DNA of 64,000 nucleotides from Eledone cirrhosa (GCA_964016885.1 OZ024753.1:34162001-34226000); one strand, 5' to 3'. Positions 1-14,188 are shown, counted from the stretch's first letter. The notes: generated from the letters alone by a model not told the origin. Numbers and translations are program-made.

Positions 1-50
1 TTCTGAGCAAAATAAAAACATCGATAACAATTGATGTAGCTTGTCCTGCT

Positions 51-240
51 AATAATTGGTTCTACTTTTGGCACAAGGCCAGCATTTACCTCAGGGCATT
101 ACTGGTACTTTATTTTATCGACCCCGTAAGGATGAAAGGCAAACTTAACATCGACGGGATTTGAACTCAGAACGTAAAGGGCCATAATTCTATGCTGGAA
201 AGCATGGTCTCTGACACTCTACCGATACTGCCAATCCACC
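51..240 (-). mobile_element. tRNA-derived SINE, Meta-domain-like family (family A)
   Basis: Reverse complement of the family consensus: A-box TGGCAGTATCGG, B-box GAGTTCAAATCC, core GCCTTTCATCCTTACGGGGTCGATAAAATAAAGTACCAG, tail GTGCCAAAAGTAGAA. More than 10 copies in the window. Confidence 0.85.
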
Positions 241-414
241 AACCTTTGTTGTCCGGCTAATAATATTAGTTTTATCAAAAAAGATAAATTTCCTCTGTCT
301 CTTCTGTTCCATTGTACACAGAAGTAAAAGAAAAATAACTTGACATTTCAATAGAAAACAGACATGTGTGATAGACAGAGTATGTGGAGGTTTGTGAGTG
401 CTTGTGTGCCTAAG

Positions 415-513
<99 letters not shown>

Positions 514-612
514 GTGTGTGTGTGCGTGTGTGCGTGTGTGTTCATATCTGAGTATATATATATGTATGTGTGTCTGTGTATATGTCATTTTGTGAGTGCT
601 TATGTGTCTGAG

Positions 613-654
<42 letters not shown>

Positions 655-680
655 TGTGTGTGTGAGTGCATGTATGTGAA
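415..680. repeat. (TG)n/(TA)n microsatellite, representative of dozens of TA, CA, CAT, TAG and GA tracts in the window
   Basis: Directly visible dinucleotide runs; source of the HTHT/VCVC pseudo-ORFs. Confidence 0.98.
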
Positions 681-1154
681 TATATAAAGGTGAAAGTGTC
701 ACTCCATCAATCGTATGTTTATATTTGTTGGAGGTATTGTGATGGGAATATTTTAAGTGCACGGATATTGGATTATTTGTGATGGGGGAAGGAGAAAAAT
801 ATATTACATTCTTCTGTCTTATAGACCTTCGTTCCAGTCTATCTCAGAGTAGAAAATATTGACCATATTGTCTGGAAAAATGGACACCCAGTTAGAAAAA
901 CGTTATATAAAACACACACACGCACAAACATTCATATATACATATATATATACACACACATATATATATATCTAACCCATGCTAGTGTGGAAGATGGACA
1001 TTAAACGATGATGATGATGATAATATATATATTCATTCCTTGTATTTTGATCATGCTTTATTTTTATTTTTTATTTCATTCGCACCGTTTCCTTTCGCTA
1101 TATGTCTCTCCACCACTCCCTACACACCCTTTGAACTCTGTTCCCACACACTTC

Positions 1155-1190
1155 TCACCTGAGGAAGGGCTTATGCCCGAAACGTCGTTC
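1155..1190 (+). ncRNA. Minimal hammerhead-like motif in a Penelope-like pLTR fragment
   Basis: CTGAGGA-A-GGGC-TTAT-GCCC-GAAAC-GTC (1159-1186), followed by AATAAA and a (TA)n tract. Stem I pairing is poor. Confidence 0.55.
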
Positions 1191-1276
1191 CCCACCACCA
1201 CCCCACTCTCCAGAGCGTGAAATTAATAAACATTCGTTGTACTGCCTCTCTGTTTTGTTCCTGTTCAAATTTTTCC

Positions 1277-1336
<60 letters not shown>

Positions 1337-1338
1337 TG

Positions 1339-1382
<44 letters not shown>

Positions 1383-1847
1383 GTAAACAGACACTTTATT
1401 CTATGTTGCTCTTTCTGCCAGGAGTTGTGACTGGTAGATAGTATTGGCAATGGAAACATTGTTTCCTTGGTCCGATTTGACAAGGTGCACCCCACTCAGC
1501 AAACAAATGAGGTCTGGGATCTTGTCGATTGATCAGAGAGAACGATACACACATGTATATATATATATATATATATATACAACCAAGCTATTAACAGAGA
1601 AGGATGGACAAAGAAATGAACTCTCTTCTCTGAATGAACATGTATGTGAAAATTAATTTTTCTTCCTCTTTTTATTTTTATTATTATTATTTGTACAAAT
1701 ATGCAACTTAACAATATTCTGCATATCCGCAATTGACAATGCATATAATGCTGAAACCGGTATTGTAAATAAATTAATGTTTTGATATTTCACTGAAAAA
1801 ATCTCTTCAATATTTTCTACTGAAAAAATCTTTTTCCTTTCTACTAT

Positions 1848-1887
<40 letters not shown>

Positions 1888-1891
<4 letters not shown>

Positions 1892-2228
1892 TCATTCATC
1901 ATTTCATTTTACGTCCGCTTTTCCCTGCTTGCAAGGGTGGGACGGGAACTGATTCTGGCTTGGTTTCTACAGCTGGATGCCCTTCCTAACACCAACCTCA
2001 TTTACAGTGAGTGCTGGTGCTTTTTAGTCGTGGCACCTCCACGACCACTTTGCAGTGGAATGATAGGGACCCCAGTCCCTATCATCTCATTTCTACAGCT
2101 GAGTAAACTGGAGCAATGTGAAATAAAGTGTCTTGCTCAAGGAAACAACACATCACCCGGTCTGAGAATTGAACTCACAACCTTTCGATTGCAAGGCCAA
2201 TGCTCTAACCACTAAGCCATGTGCCTCC
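1888..2228 (-). mobile_element. CORE-like tRNA SINE with RTE-type 3' tail (family B)
   Basis: On the minus strand: GGAGGCACATGGCTTAGTGGTTAGAGC head, GAGTTCAATTC B-box, CCTTGAGCAAGACACTTTATTTCAC core and (TGA)n tail. Near-identical to five other copies. Confidence 0.88.
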
Positions 2229-4698
2229 TATATATATATATATCATCATCATCATCACCATATATCATCATCATCATATATATATTTATATATATATATA
2301 TATCTTTCCTTTTCGCTCTCTCTCTCTTTATGAAGGTACAAATGAGAGTAACTTGGTCAGCGTATGAACTCTTCAGTCCAGCCTCATAAGTTTAGTTATT
2401 TTAACTCTATCAACATATCTGTTTCTCTTTAGTTCCCTTTATTTATTTTTGCAGAAATCTTTTCTTCAATTTTTTTCTTTGAAATATTGAAATGTGTTGG
2501 GTAAAGTTAGAAAAAATTAATATCTAAACTTTAATTTCTTTCAAGTTTGTTTTAGGAGTGAAGTCGGAAATATGATTCCAGTTGAAATAATTGTAAGAGT
2601 GTCATTGGATTATTGTGGAATTTATCGGCTGTTTTTTTTTGTTGTTTTCTTGTTGTTGTCTTCCTCTTTTTTATGTTGTTTATTTGACATTATGGTGTTA
2701 ATGTTACTAAAACACTGAAAGAAGTGATTAATAATATCAAAAGAACTCATTATTAACAGTAACACTTTTACTGCAGCTGTTAATTGCCTTTGTTGTTGGT
2801 GGTGGTGGTGTTGTTGTTGGTGGTGGTGGTGTTATTATTATTATTGTTATTGTTATTATCATTATTGTTATCATTAATATCATCATCATCATTATCATTA
2901 AGCATTCATCTATAGCAATTACCATTATCATTTTCATTATTATTAAGCCAACATGTTGGTGTTTATTCTGATATCCGAAGCTACCTAACACAGATATTAA
3001 ATAAATGTTTCTTCAATAATATAAAAGAAGCTGTTAACAAAGCAATTGAACTTGTAGCAGTGTAATAAAGCTCAATGAATAAATTATTTCAAGTACACAT
3101 AGCAAGAATGAATGGTGGTGTCAAGATATGGCAAACCAAATGCTTAAATAGGTGCAATAATTGGAAATAAAATTCTGATTACTGGCAATATTAGAGCAAG
3201 TGACATCACACTGAGAAACTGGCAGCTAGCTATAGACAGCTCTGAGCATATAATTTAGAATGTATGTTATGGCATACTTAGAAATCAACTGTCAACTCAT
3301 GAGAGTATTAGAACAAGTGATATCACATTTGTGAAACCAGCAGCTAACCATAGAAAGCTTGGAGAATATGGTTTAGAATATATGTTACGGCATATTTATT
3401 ACTGTGGCACTGTATGTAACACGACTGAACATTTGAATTACAGGTACAATCATCTGATAAGCTTTCACACAGTTTCCATCTACTCAATTTGACTCACTAG
3501 GCTTCAGTCAACCCAAAGCTATGGTAAAGACACTTTCCTAAGATGTCATGCAATGCGATCGAACCCAGAATCTCGTGATTGAGAAGCAAACTTCTTAATC
3601 AGTCAACCGTGTCTCTGTTCCCAATTACAACCATTTAGACTGTTTTATAATTTACTAATAAATATAAATTTAAGTATAGATATATCAGCTATTATATAGG
3701 TTTGGAAGCAGTTTTTATTTTTTCCCTCTTTTTCCCAACGTCTAACATCTTATCCAGTGACCTAAACATTGTATTGATGATATATATAACTATATAGGGT
3801 CGATAACATGTCTGACAACGCGTTTATACAAATAACAAGACTAAGATCCTTTGTGTTCAGATAAATCTATCTGAGAGCGCTTAAGTCAACAGATAATCTT
3901 TACATGTTATCCTATAATCGATACAGAAAGTTTTCTATTCCTAAAATAGATAGTATCTACTGTATTTGTACCAATAAATTGTTTAATCAAATACCAACTG
4001 ATATTTTCAACCTGCAATAATTTTCCCAATAAATCTTTTGAAATGAAAGTAAAACACTATTCCATGCCTACTCCATGTTAATCGTTTGGTTGGCTGTCTT
4101 CTTTTTCTCCTTCTTCTTTACCTTCTCCTTCACCTTGTTCTTCCTATTCTTCTTCTTTGCCTTCTTCTTCTCCTATTACTGCTACTACTACTATTACTAC
4201 TACTACTAACTACTGCCACTATAACTACCACCACTACTAGTGCTGCTACTACTAAAGTTGCTATTACATGCTTGTCTTACACTTTTTATAACTCTTTTTT
4301 TTTTTGGCTAACATTATATATACTTTTTTCTCTTACAATTGTGTCTTACCATTGTGCAACAAAAATGCAAAAGCACAAAAGAAGTCTCAAGTCTTTCATA
4401 TAGAGAATAAGTAGTATTTATAGCATAAGTAGTATTTGTAAATACATTAAATGTATTCTTACTTAGACAGTATTTCCGATTGATTTTTCATTGTTTTATC
4501 ATAGTCGCTGTTCTGCTGTTATTGGAAGGTGAGAGAAGTATGCATTACTTACGAAGACAATAAGGAATCAATTAACCTCATCAGTTGAAAAGGAAATTTG
4601 TCTTTGTAAAGCAAAGTTTATTATGTAAATATTAGACATGTCTTACATTTAGATGTAACTACGACTTCAAATATTTGTTTGGGTTTATATATATATAT

Positions 4699-4729
<31 letters not shown>

Positions 4730-4876
4730 ATTGTAACTTGAGTAATATTATATATATATGTGTGTGTATATTATATATATATGTATGTGTGTATATATAG
4801 TATATATAGTATATACACAGATATATATATTTATGTATATGTGTGTATTGTACATGTACATTATATATATATGTGT

Positions 4877-4942
<66 letters not shown>

Positions 4943-5081
4943 ACATATATGTATATATTATGTATAAGTAAAACAATACCAGCAACAACAAACAATGACA
5001 ATATGAATTATGGATTGAAATATTGCTGAAACAGTTTTACCTACATATATATATCATAAATCATAAATTCAATATATATAA

Positions 5082-5150
<69 letters not shown>

Positions 5151-5254
5151 ACTGTGATTGTGTTTCCATTGTTGTGTATGTGTTTATATATACATATATA
5201 TATATATATATGTGAGAGAGATATAAAGAAGAACTATGAATAGATATCTTTTTG

Positions 5255-5313
<59 letters not shown>

Positions 5314-6635
5314 CGCGTGGTGATGTCAAAAGAAATACTAGTCGTGTACTTAACTTAAATCATTTTCATCATCATCACCATCATCGTTTTACGTCCATTC
5401 TTCCACGCTAGCATGGGTTAGATGAGTTGTCCTGTTGTGGGCAATGCACATACAGAACTGATTTTGGCTTGATTTCTACAGCTGGATGCCATTCCTATTA
5501 CCAACCTCATTTACTGAGTGTTTTTTGTTGTGACACCTACACGACCACTTTACAGTGGGAACTTAACTTATATGCTTGTGTTTAATAATCTGAACCAAAG
5601 GACTTGTACATGTGTTGACACACATGTATATTTGTACATGTATATATGCATGTAAAGGGGATTTATGAAATTCCAGTTAACTATTATATTTCCAATAATT
5701 TCTCGCTCTATTTTCTATTCAATAGGCTACGTCATTCCAATTACAAACTGAAACGCAACCTAAGCCAAACTAAGGTATTTTATTATATTGCTATTGTTCC
5801 TGTTGTTGATGTTCAACATCATCATCATCATCATCGTCATCGTCATCATCATTTAACGTCTATCTTCCATGCTAGCATTGGTTATTTATTGTATTCAATT
5901 GTAAATAAGAAAATAATTTTGGAAAAACATTTTTTAGACTGAAAACGAAATTTGATTATATGAGCAGTACAGTTTCCACCTGGTTGCTTCACATAACCTT
6001 TTAATTCTTATGGCCCCTAGTTATGTAGTTGTAACTAATATCATTATTTTTGTTTGTAAGCTATCGTTGAACGATGTCATTCGTGTATTTTCTTTTTTTT
6101 TTTTTACTAACAAATCCAAAATGCTGGACATTAAATTTACATCAAATTTCAAAGAGTAAACAGCATACATTGACTATATTACACTCAATTTACTTGCAGG
6201 CTATAAATATGGATAGAAAGTTCGTTTTTGATAAGGACAGGCACAGAAAGTGCAATTTCTCGCAGCAACAATGGCGAAAAGTTTAGTTATAATATTTTTC
6301 AAGCAAATACGAATTATTTATTTGATATTAGTTTTACATCGTTCCCAGAGGATAAAAACAAATTCACTTGAGATACGTCCTGGGAATTGCATATGAACAT
6401 TGTGTATTGATTATTTTACAGAGGGCCTATGGAGATAAAAATAACATTTTATAGAAATGGAATAATCCATGTTTTGTTAAGAATCAATATATACAACGAT
6501 TACTTAATTATTTACAGAACTAGTAATACTTTCAAATTTACTTCCAAAAATTTATTTACAAAGAAGAAATTCGAAAAATGTTAAAGCCAACAGAAATGTG
6601 TATACCTACTTATATCTGTGAGTACGTGTTTGTGT

Positions 6636-6685
<50 letters not shown>

Positions 6686-6885
6686 CAAGGAGACAACAAA
6701 CATAGGTACAAAAAATCTTATTAGGTTCATGCTTTATATGGAAAAAAGGAAATATATATATATATACACATACACATATATATATATACACATACACATA
6801 TATATATACGCACACACACACATATATATATACACACACATATATACACAGACGTACACATATATATATATACACACACACATAT

Positions 6886-6934
<49 letters not shown>

Positions 6935-6937
<3 letters not shown>

Positions 6938-7398
6938 TGGCTGCCAACTCGTTTTTGAGTACGACCACTACTTTATATCCATGTAGGAGAACCCCTACCG
7001 ATGCGCTGAACGAGTGTGACTTTTTAGTCCAGCCAGCGACTTGAAAACTCTGGTACAAACACTACACTTGTGACAATTATTGACACATAGTGCTGGGCCC
7101 ATGGTACCATGTGACAACAAGTGCAAAGAGATCTCTAGATATAAAGCAATGCCTGTGCCGTGAAGCTTTTATAGTGAGCAAAGGCACTGCACAAAGCCAG
7201 TCCCATTCTCTTAACCAAGATAATATTTACCAAAAAGAAGAACAAGTCAACATCATTGGATACCTGCAGGACTAAAAACAAAACCTATCAAAGGGCAAAG
7301 GAGCTCATGAGAGTCAATGGTCATCCAAAATCACCGGGAGAGATGACCCCTTAGCCTTTGTCAAGGCAGAATTCTAAGAGAAGGAAAACTCTGATATA
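6935..7398 (-). mobile_element. 5'-inverted copy of the retroelement at 11172-11782
   Basis: 6935-7264 is the reverse complement of 11453-11782; 7263-7398 matches 11300-11435 directly. Flanked by (TA)n. Confidence 0.85.
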
Positions 7399-7463
7399 TA
7401 TATACATATATACATACATATATATACATCATATATATATACATCATAAATATATATATATAC

Positions 7464-7496
<33 letters not shown>

Positions 7497-7685
7497 ACGA
7501 AGGAAATGTGGTAAGGAACTAGGTGGACCATAACGCACCAAAGTACTCAATACTTAGGGTAGTAGAGTGGGTAATAGGAACGAGTAGGACCCCGACGGCT
7601 GAGCTCAAGCCGTTTCGACGGCTAATTCTGGAATTAGCCGTCAAAACGGCTTGAGTTCAGCCCTCGGGGTCCTACTCGTTCCTAT
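7497..7685 (-). mobile_element. Fold-back Penelope-like mini-element carrying the 3' half of a hammerhead
   Basis: Near-perfect palindrome 7574-7685 with a 2-nt loop. The arm reads GAAAC-GGCT-TGAGCTC-AGCC-GTC-GGGGTCC. The tail 7497-7573 recurs at 28343-28389 and 40157-40208. Confidence 0.7.
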
Positions 7686-7705
7686 ATATATATATAGAGA
7701 GAGAG

Positions 7706-7747
<42 letters not shown>

Positions 7748-8168
7748 AATATATAATATATATATACATATATATATATACATATATATATATAATATAT
7801 ATATACATATATATATATACATATATATATATACATATATATATATACATATATACATATATATATATACAGATATATATATACATATATACATATATAT
7901 ATATACAGATATATATATACATATATACATATATACATATACATATATATATATACATATATATATATACATATATATATATACATATATATATATACAT
8001 ATATATACATATATACATATATATACATATATATATATACATATATATATATACATATATATACATATATATATATATACATACATATCTTCCTGCTATA
8101 TCAAGCATTAACCTAATATATCTCTTCTATATACTGTACCGATTGTGTTATTTCTGTTTACCTTTTAT

Positions 8169-8225
<57 letters not shown>

Positions 8226-8298
8226 TATATATATATATATACACACACACACATATATATATATATATACACACACACATATATATATACATATATTT

Positions 8299-8353
<55 letters not shown>

Positions 8354-8356
8354 TAC

Positions 8357-8387
<31 letters not shown>

Positions 8388-8774
8388 ATTGGTGTTGGAT
8401 GCTTAAAGCGTCCGTATGCGGTAGGTCGTTTGAGCACTCGCTGCTCTCATAGAGCAGAGTATGATATCACAGAAAAAAAGAGAATCAGTGTTGCAACAAA
8501 TGGAATTTATTGGACATATTACAATCGTTTCTCTGGCGACCAGCTCGAGGCACGATCGATGTGATGATCGAACCTGACTCTGAAAACCGCAAGGTCCTCA
8601 GATACGTCTTGATTCTACGAAGCAGATTTTCAAGACATATCTGAGGACCTTGCGATTTTCAGAGTCAGGTTCGATCATCACATTGATCGTGCCTCGAGCT
8701 GGTCACCAGAGAAACGATTGTAATATGTCCAATAAATTCCATTTGTCGCAACACTGATTCTCTTTTTTTCTGTG

Positions 8775-8778
<4 letters not shown>
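8388..8778 (-). mobile_element. Fold-back Penelope-like mini-element (long-stem-II hammerhead family)
   Basis: About 150-bp inverted arms at 8463-8611 and 8631-8778, plus a tail at 8388-8462, embedded in (TA)n. Homologous copies at 17783-17891 and 19865-20212. Confidence 0.8.
8634..8729 (+). ncRNA. Type I hammerhead ribozyme with 63-nt stem II
   Basis: GACATAT-CTGAGGA-[63 nt hairpin]-GAAAC-GATT-GTA^ATATGTC. Stem I is 7 bp and AATAAA follows. The mirror copy lies on the minus strand at 8513-8608. Confidence 0.75.
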
Positions 8779-8807
<29 letters not shown>

Positions 8808-9750
8808 GGTGAGAAGTAACTATTCACTGCTGTGCTTTTGATAAGAAACATTAAACTTTCTCTCTCCACATTCTATTACTAATGTTCACGCTGGTCCATT
8901 TATATAGTAAATACAAAACAAAAAGGCAAAACAAACACTGTGGGTGGCGCATTGAATAATGTTCTTATATAAGAGAGAAACATTAAATTATGGATTATAT
9001 TACAGAGTCTGTTCAGAGCTTCTAATATCGTACAAAGATATTCTAATTTCTATTCACACAGTCAATGACAGGTTGTCAATATTGATCATATTATGTACTA
9101 TGCAAGCATACAAATCTTTCTGTCTTTTATCAACTTACTAACCACAAGACTTCCACTTGAATGAGCATACTAATAAACACACGAGTCTTTAATATGAGAT
9201 ATAAAATGAAACACTATCGTCTGAGAAGGAATCAAAATCTTGACAACTAAACCTAATATATATATCTTTATTTTTCTTGTACTTTGGTCATGTGAAGCTA
9301 TGACCAAAAGCATTCCAGACACGATGATCATGTTTGATAGGAGTAGATGCGGGTTGATATCCAGAAGTTCAAAATTTCACAAGTGTCCTTCCCCTTTTTA
9401 AGACAATGAAGTGTAACTTAAGAAATATTTAGTTGCTATTTCTAGAAGTTCTAGTGACCATGAATACACACACACCCCACCAGTATATTTCCATTATATT
9501 TCAATTCACAGCATGGTCAAACATTTAAGAAGTTCGCTCAATCATTGGGTCTTGGGTTCGATTCCACTGTGTAGCACCTGAAGCAAATGTCATTTATCAT
9601 AGCCTTGGGTCGCCCATGTTTTGTGACTGAAATTGGGTGGATGGAAACTGTTTGGAAGCCTGTTGGATGGTCTGTCCCTGTAATTCATAGTTAGCCTCAT
9701 CTCACACATACATACATACATAATACATATATATAGACACGGACACACAT

Positions 9751-9785
<35 letters not shown>

Positions 9786-9786
9786 C

Positions 9787-9910
9787 ATATTGTTATACTT
9801 TGGGAGGGTCATGTTGCCAATAAGAAACATGACCCTCCCAAAGTATAACAATATCGGTTTCAACACACGATTTCAGATAAAGAATCTTGCTAAACAAATT
9901 CAGAAACGAA
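9787..9910 (+). mobile_element. Short fold-back element, same family as 29458-29907
   Basis: ATATTGTTATACTTTGGGAGGGTCATGTT / AACATGACCCTCCCAAAGTATAACAATAT arms with a 10-nt loop. The tail GTTTC.ACACACGATTT is shared with the 29.8 kb copy. Confidence 0.75.
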
Positions 9911-10017
9911 ATATATATACATACATATACATATATAAATCTCACCAAATTAAAAGATATATGTTTATATAGAGAGAGAAAGAGTCGTGTAGCATAAAAT
10001 ACAATATACCGTGTTTC

Positions 10018-10830
10018 TTTTATGATACATGGCTCTTTCTCTCTCTATATATATAAACATATATCTTTTAATTTGGTTATTATGGCTCTAGATAAAGTCT
10101 ATTGAGCTTACTTATTGAGAAACACAAAATTCTAAACATATTTGATATGTTTTGGGTGGTAGATTGGCAGTATTGGTAGGATATCAGACAAAATGCTTTG
10201 ATGCATAGAGTTACGCCCCTTGCCATTCTGAGTTCAAATCCCGCCTAGGTTAACTTTGCCTTTCATCCTTACGGGGTCGATAAAATAAAGTATCAGTAAT
10301 GCACTGGGATAATTGCTGGCCGTGTGCCAAAAGTAGAAACAATATTTGATATGTTTTGATTCATCATTTGTACATATATAAATATATATATATATATAAT
10401 TGACAAAGTGGAGAACAGTACAAAAAAGAAGATTTATTTATAGTCTAACAATTGTTTCACTGATAGAGTTGTCTAAAAATTACTAAATACTGAAAGTAGT
10501 GCCACTCAATTTAAAATACATGTTATCTCCATCATATGCTCAGAGACTTTCAGTGTTTAGTAATTTTTAGACAACTCTATCAGTGAAACAATTGTTAGAC
10601 TATAAATAAATCTCCTTTTTTGTACTGTTGACCATGTTATACTCCACTTTTTCAATTATATATATATATATATTTATATATGTACAAATGATGAATCAAA
10701 ACATATCAAATATGTTTAGAATTTTGTGTTTCTTAATAAGTAAGCTCAATAGACTTTATCTAGAGCCATAATAACCAAATTAAAAGATATATGTTTATAT
10801 AGAGAGAGAGAAAGAGCCATGTATCATAAA
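10018..10830. repeat. Large inverted duplication centred on a pLTR-like hairpin
   Basis: 10018-10498 is the reverse complement of 10545-10830 once the SINE at 10155-10341 is removed. The inner arms contain CAGTGAAACAATTGTT...AAATAAA. Confidence 0.88.
10155..10341 (+). mobile_element. Family A SINE with 17-bp target-site duplication
   Basis: TSD ATATTTGATATGTTTTG at 10138-10154 and 10342-10358; the mirror arm carries the empty site. Confidence 0.92.
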
Positions 10831-11042
10831 ATCTCCTTTTTTGTACTGTTGACCATGTTATTCTCCACTTTTTCAATTTTATTACTCCAAGATAAACTTA
10901 CATAGGAATCCAAGTGAAATCATAAACTCGTCATCTACGTAAACCTCTTGTTGAGTCACACAACGCCGTACGCTAAAACTATCCATAAAAAGAAGTATTC
11001 ACAACCTCTAATCGAATTACCTATAACGATATCTTGTTATCC
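10829..11042 (+). mobile_element. 3' tail of pLTR-like family D
   Basis: Homologous to 24445-24651 and 11799-12011 (TTATTACTCCAAG...CATAGGAAT...CTTGTTGAGTCA...TTGTTA.CC); ends in (TA)n. Confidence 0.75.
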
Positions 11043-11074
<32 letters not shown>

Positions 11075-11081
11075 TATATAC

Positions 11082-11168
<87 letters not shown>

Positions 11169-11171
11169 TCT

Positions 11172-11782
11172 ATGTCAGGTCACCAGTTGGTGCTACTGGT
11201 AACATGTATCCCAGTACAACCTGTCCCATGGTCGGGTCGTTGGCGACTAAACTGGCAACCCCACCAAGGTTTCTTGGTGAGGAGGGTGACTTTGGACATC
11301 CTGCAGGACTAAAAACAAAACCTGTCAAAGGGCAAAGGAGCTCTTAAGAGTCAATGGCCATCCAAAATCACCGGGAGAGATGACCCCTTAGCCTTTGTCA
11401 AGGCAGAATTCTAGGAGAAGGAAAACTCTGATATAACACCTGCAACCCTGATGGTATCCAATGATGTTGACTTGTTCTTCTTTTTGGTAAATATCATCTT
11501 GGTTAAGAGAGTGGGACTGGCTTTGTGCAGTGCCTTTGCTCACTATAAAAGCTTCACGGCACAGGCATTGCTTTATATCTGGAGATCTCTCTGCACTTGT
11601 CGTCACATGGTACCATGGGCCCAGCACTATGTGTCAGTAATTGTCACAAGTGTAGTGTTTGTACCAGAGTTTTCAAGTCGCTGGCTGGACTAAAAAGTCA
11701 CACTCGTTCAGCGCATCGGTAGGGGTTCTCCTACATGGATATAAAGTAGTGGCCGTACTCGAAAACGAGTTGGCAGCCACCA
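11172..11782 (+). mobile_element. Non-autonomous retroelement with an RTE-5'UTR-like region
   Basis: A second, rearranged copy lies at 6935-7398. Motifs GGCGACTAAACTGGCAACCCCACC and GGAGAAGGAAAACTCTGA recall RTE 5' regions (recognition from memory, not a search). Confidence 0.6.
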
Positions 11783-12010
11783 TATATATATATATATAAC
11801 TTTTTTGTATAGCAAACCATGTAAACCTTCTTTCCTGATTTATTATTACTCCAAGTGTTTACAACATAGGAATTACGGCATACCCGCAGCATCACTATGA
11901 AAACGCCTTGTTGAGTCAAACCAAGCCAAGCGTTAATATCATCCACTACCCGGAATACCATAACTGGACTTCACCTAAGTGGACTGCATTTAACTATTAT
12001 TTGTTAATCC

Positions 12011-12070
<60 letters not shown>

Positions 12071-13871
12071 ATGGCATCCAGCTGTAGAAATCATGCCAGA
12101 ATCAATTCCAGTGTGAGCAAGACAAGGTCAGCCGACTGGACACTGCCCATAACAGGACGGACAACCCGTCTAACCCATGCTAGCGTGGAAGAACGGGCGT
12201 AAAACGGTGATAATGATGATGATGATATATAATATATATATACATAATGGAGAAAGACAAAGAGAGAGAGAGAAATATTTTTGTAAACTCATATATGCTA
12301 CAAGACTTAAGGACACTGAAACATACATACAAACTGACACAAAAAACAGAAAACACAAATACATATCACCAATAATCAAAACATTTCTTTTGTACATTTC
12401 TGAATACATAATCACAAAAGACCGTACTGCCTGCTCTGTACCATTTGTTATATAATCCTCTACTTCTTTTCCATTCCATTTCCATTGTAGATTATTTCCA
12501 TAAGATAAAATACTGCGAAATAAACACATCCCTTGGGGTGTAGTTTAAGGTTCAAGCACTTACTGACATAAACCAGTCTCTTATTAGAAAGAAAACTAAA
12601 GAATCTATTAAATGAAGAGAGTGTTTTAAGAACATAAGAATAGCATTTATCTTTGGTATCTCTGTTATCTTCAAGATGGTATAGAGTTGCATGGTGAGTT
12701 AATATCAGTCTGTTGGCTACGAAATTACACGCGTAATCAGTGTAGCTTGTAGTTTGCTTGATATATATCTATCTTCAATTTGCGTCGACTCTTCACTGAT
12801 AATGGACATCATAGTTAGAGTTCACATGATCGTGGTGTCTATTCACCAAATTGGAAATGTTTTCTTCTTATTTATTTTTATTACTAACCAACGCTTCCAG
12901 TTCGTTTTTACTGATGGTGAAAAGAGTTAACTCCACTGGTTACTACAGCCTCCTCTCACAATTGAGTATGACTTTGTAATGTGTACCATACTTTCGCAAT
13001 GATTTTGAAGATTTTCGCCGCTTAGCTGAAGGCAGTCGAGAATGAATGGTCAGTGGCAATGCAAGCAGCAGCGCATATGTTGCAGAAGAATGATGAAAGC
13101 AAACGGTTGCCGATCCCAATACAGGCAGACACTGCCTGCTTCTTCTTCTTCTTTTTCTTCTTCACGCACTCATGGAATTGAACACGTTAGACTTTTAAAG
13201 TGATATGGCAGATATTTAAGCTTAATTTTCATATAGATTTATGTGCTTCACTATTTTGTATGGATTTGCTTATATCATATACTTCAATACCGGGTTATAT
13301 ATATATATAGTGTGTATGTGAGTGTGTGTGTCCATATTGAAACCCTGAACTCCTGATGGAGTCATAGAGGCGCAGTATTTGTCATTTAAATGTGAAGCTC
13401 AGGGAAAGAGAAACAAAGAGAGGAAGAGAGATAAGGCGAAAATAGACCCCGAAAAGATAAAAAGTGTGATTGGAACTCAGAGCGTGGACAACCGAAATGG
13501 ATACTGCAACCATTATATCCAATGTAAATTACTATTTTTTAAAAGATAGATCCAATAAGAAGAGAGAATTAATACATTTATAGAAAAACAAAAAAAAGAT
13601 AAATTATTTTGATGGCTTGAATTATATTTTCGCAAATTTATTTCCCAAGCTAGTAATTACCAAATTAGTTAATTGTATTTGTGAATAATGAGAGGTCCCT
13701 CCTGTGTGTGAATAATTAGGGGTTCCTACTGAGTATGAAATGACAATAGAGGAAAGAATAAATTGTTTTTGGCAAACTCAACAAGTTTCTTGTAAAATTT
13801 AGTCATCCCTCCCTTCCTCTTCTTCTCTTCTCTCTCTCTTTCTCACTGAATACATATGCATATTTATAGGC

Positions 13872-14001
<130 letters not shown>

Positions 14002-14014
14002 ATATATATATCTG

Positions 14015-14055
<41 letters not shown>

Positions 14056-14108
14056 CTGTATATCTATATATATATATATATACACATATATATATATGTA
14101 TATATATA

Positions 14109-14185
<77 letters not shown>

Positions 14186-14188
14186 ATA

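Noticed and set aside
12400-12525. Possible minus-strand host exon (acceptor TTTCGCAG, ILSYGNNLQWKWNGKEVEDYITN)
   Set aside because: The peptide is not recognisable and no neighbouring exons can be linked.
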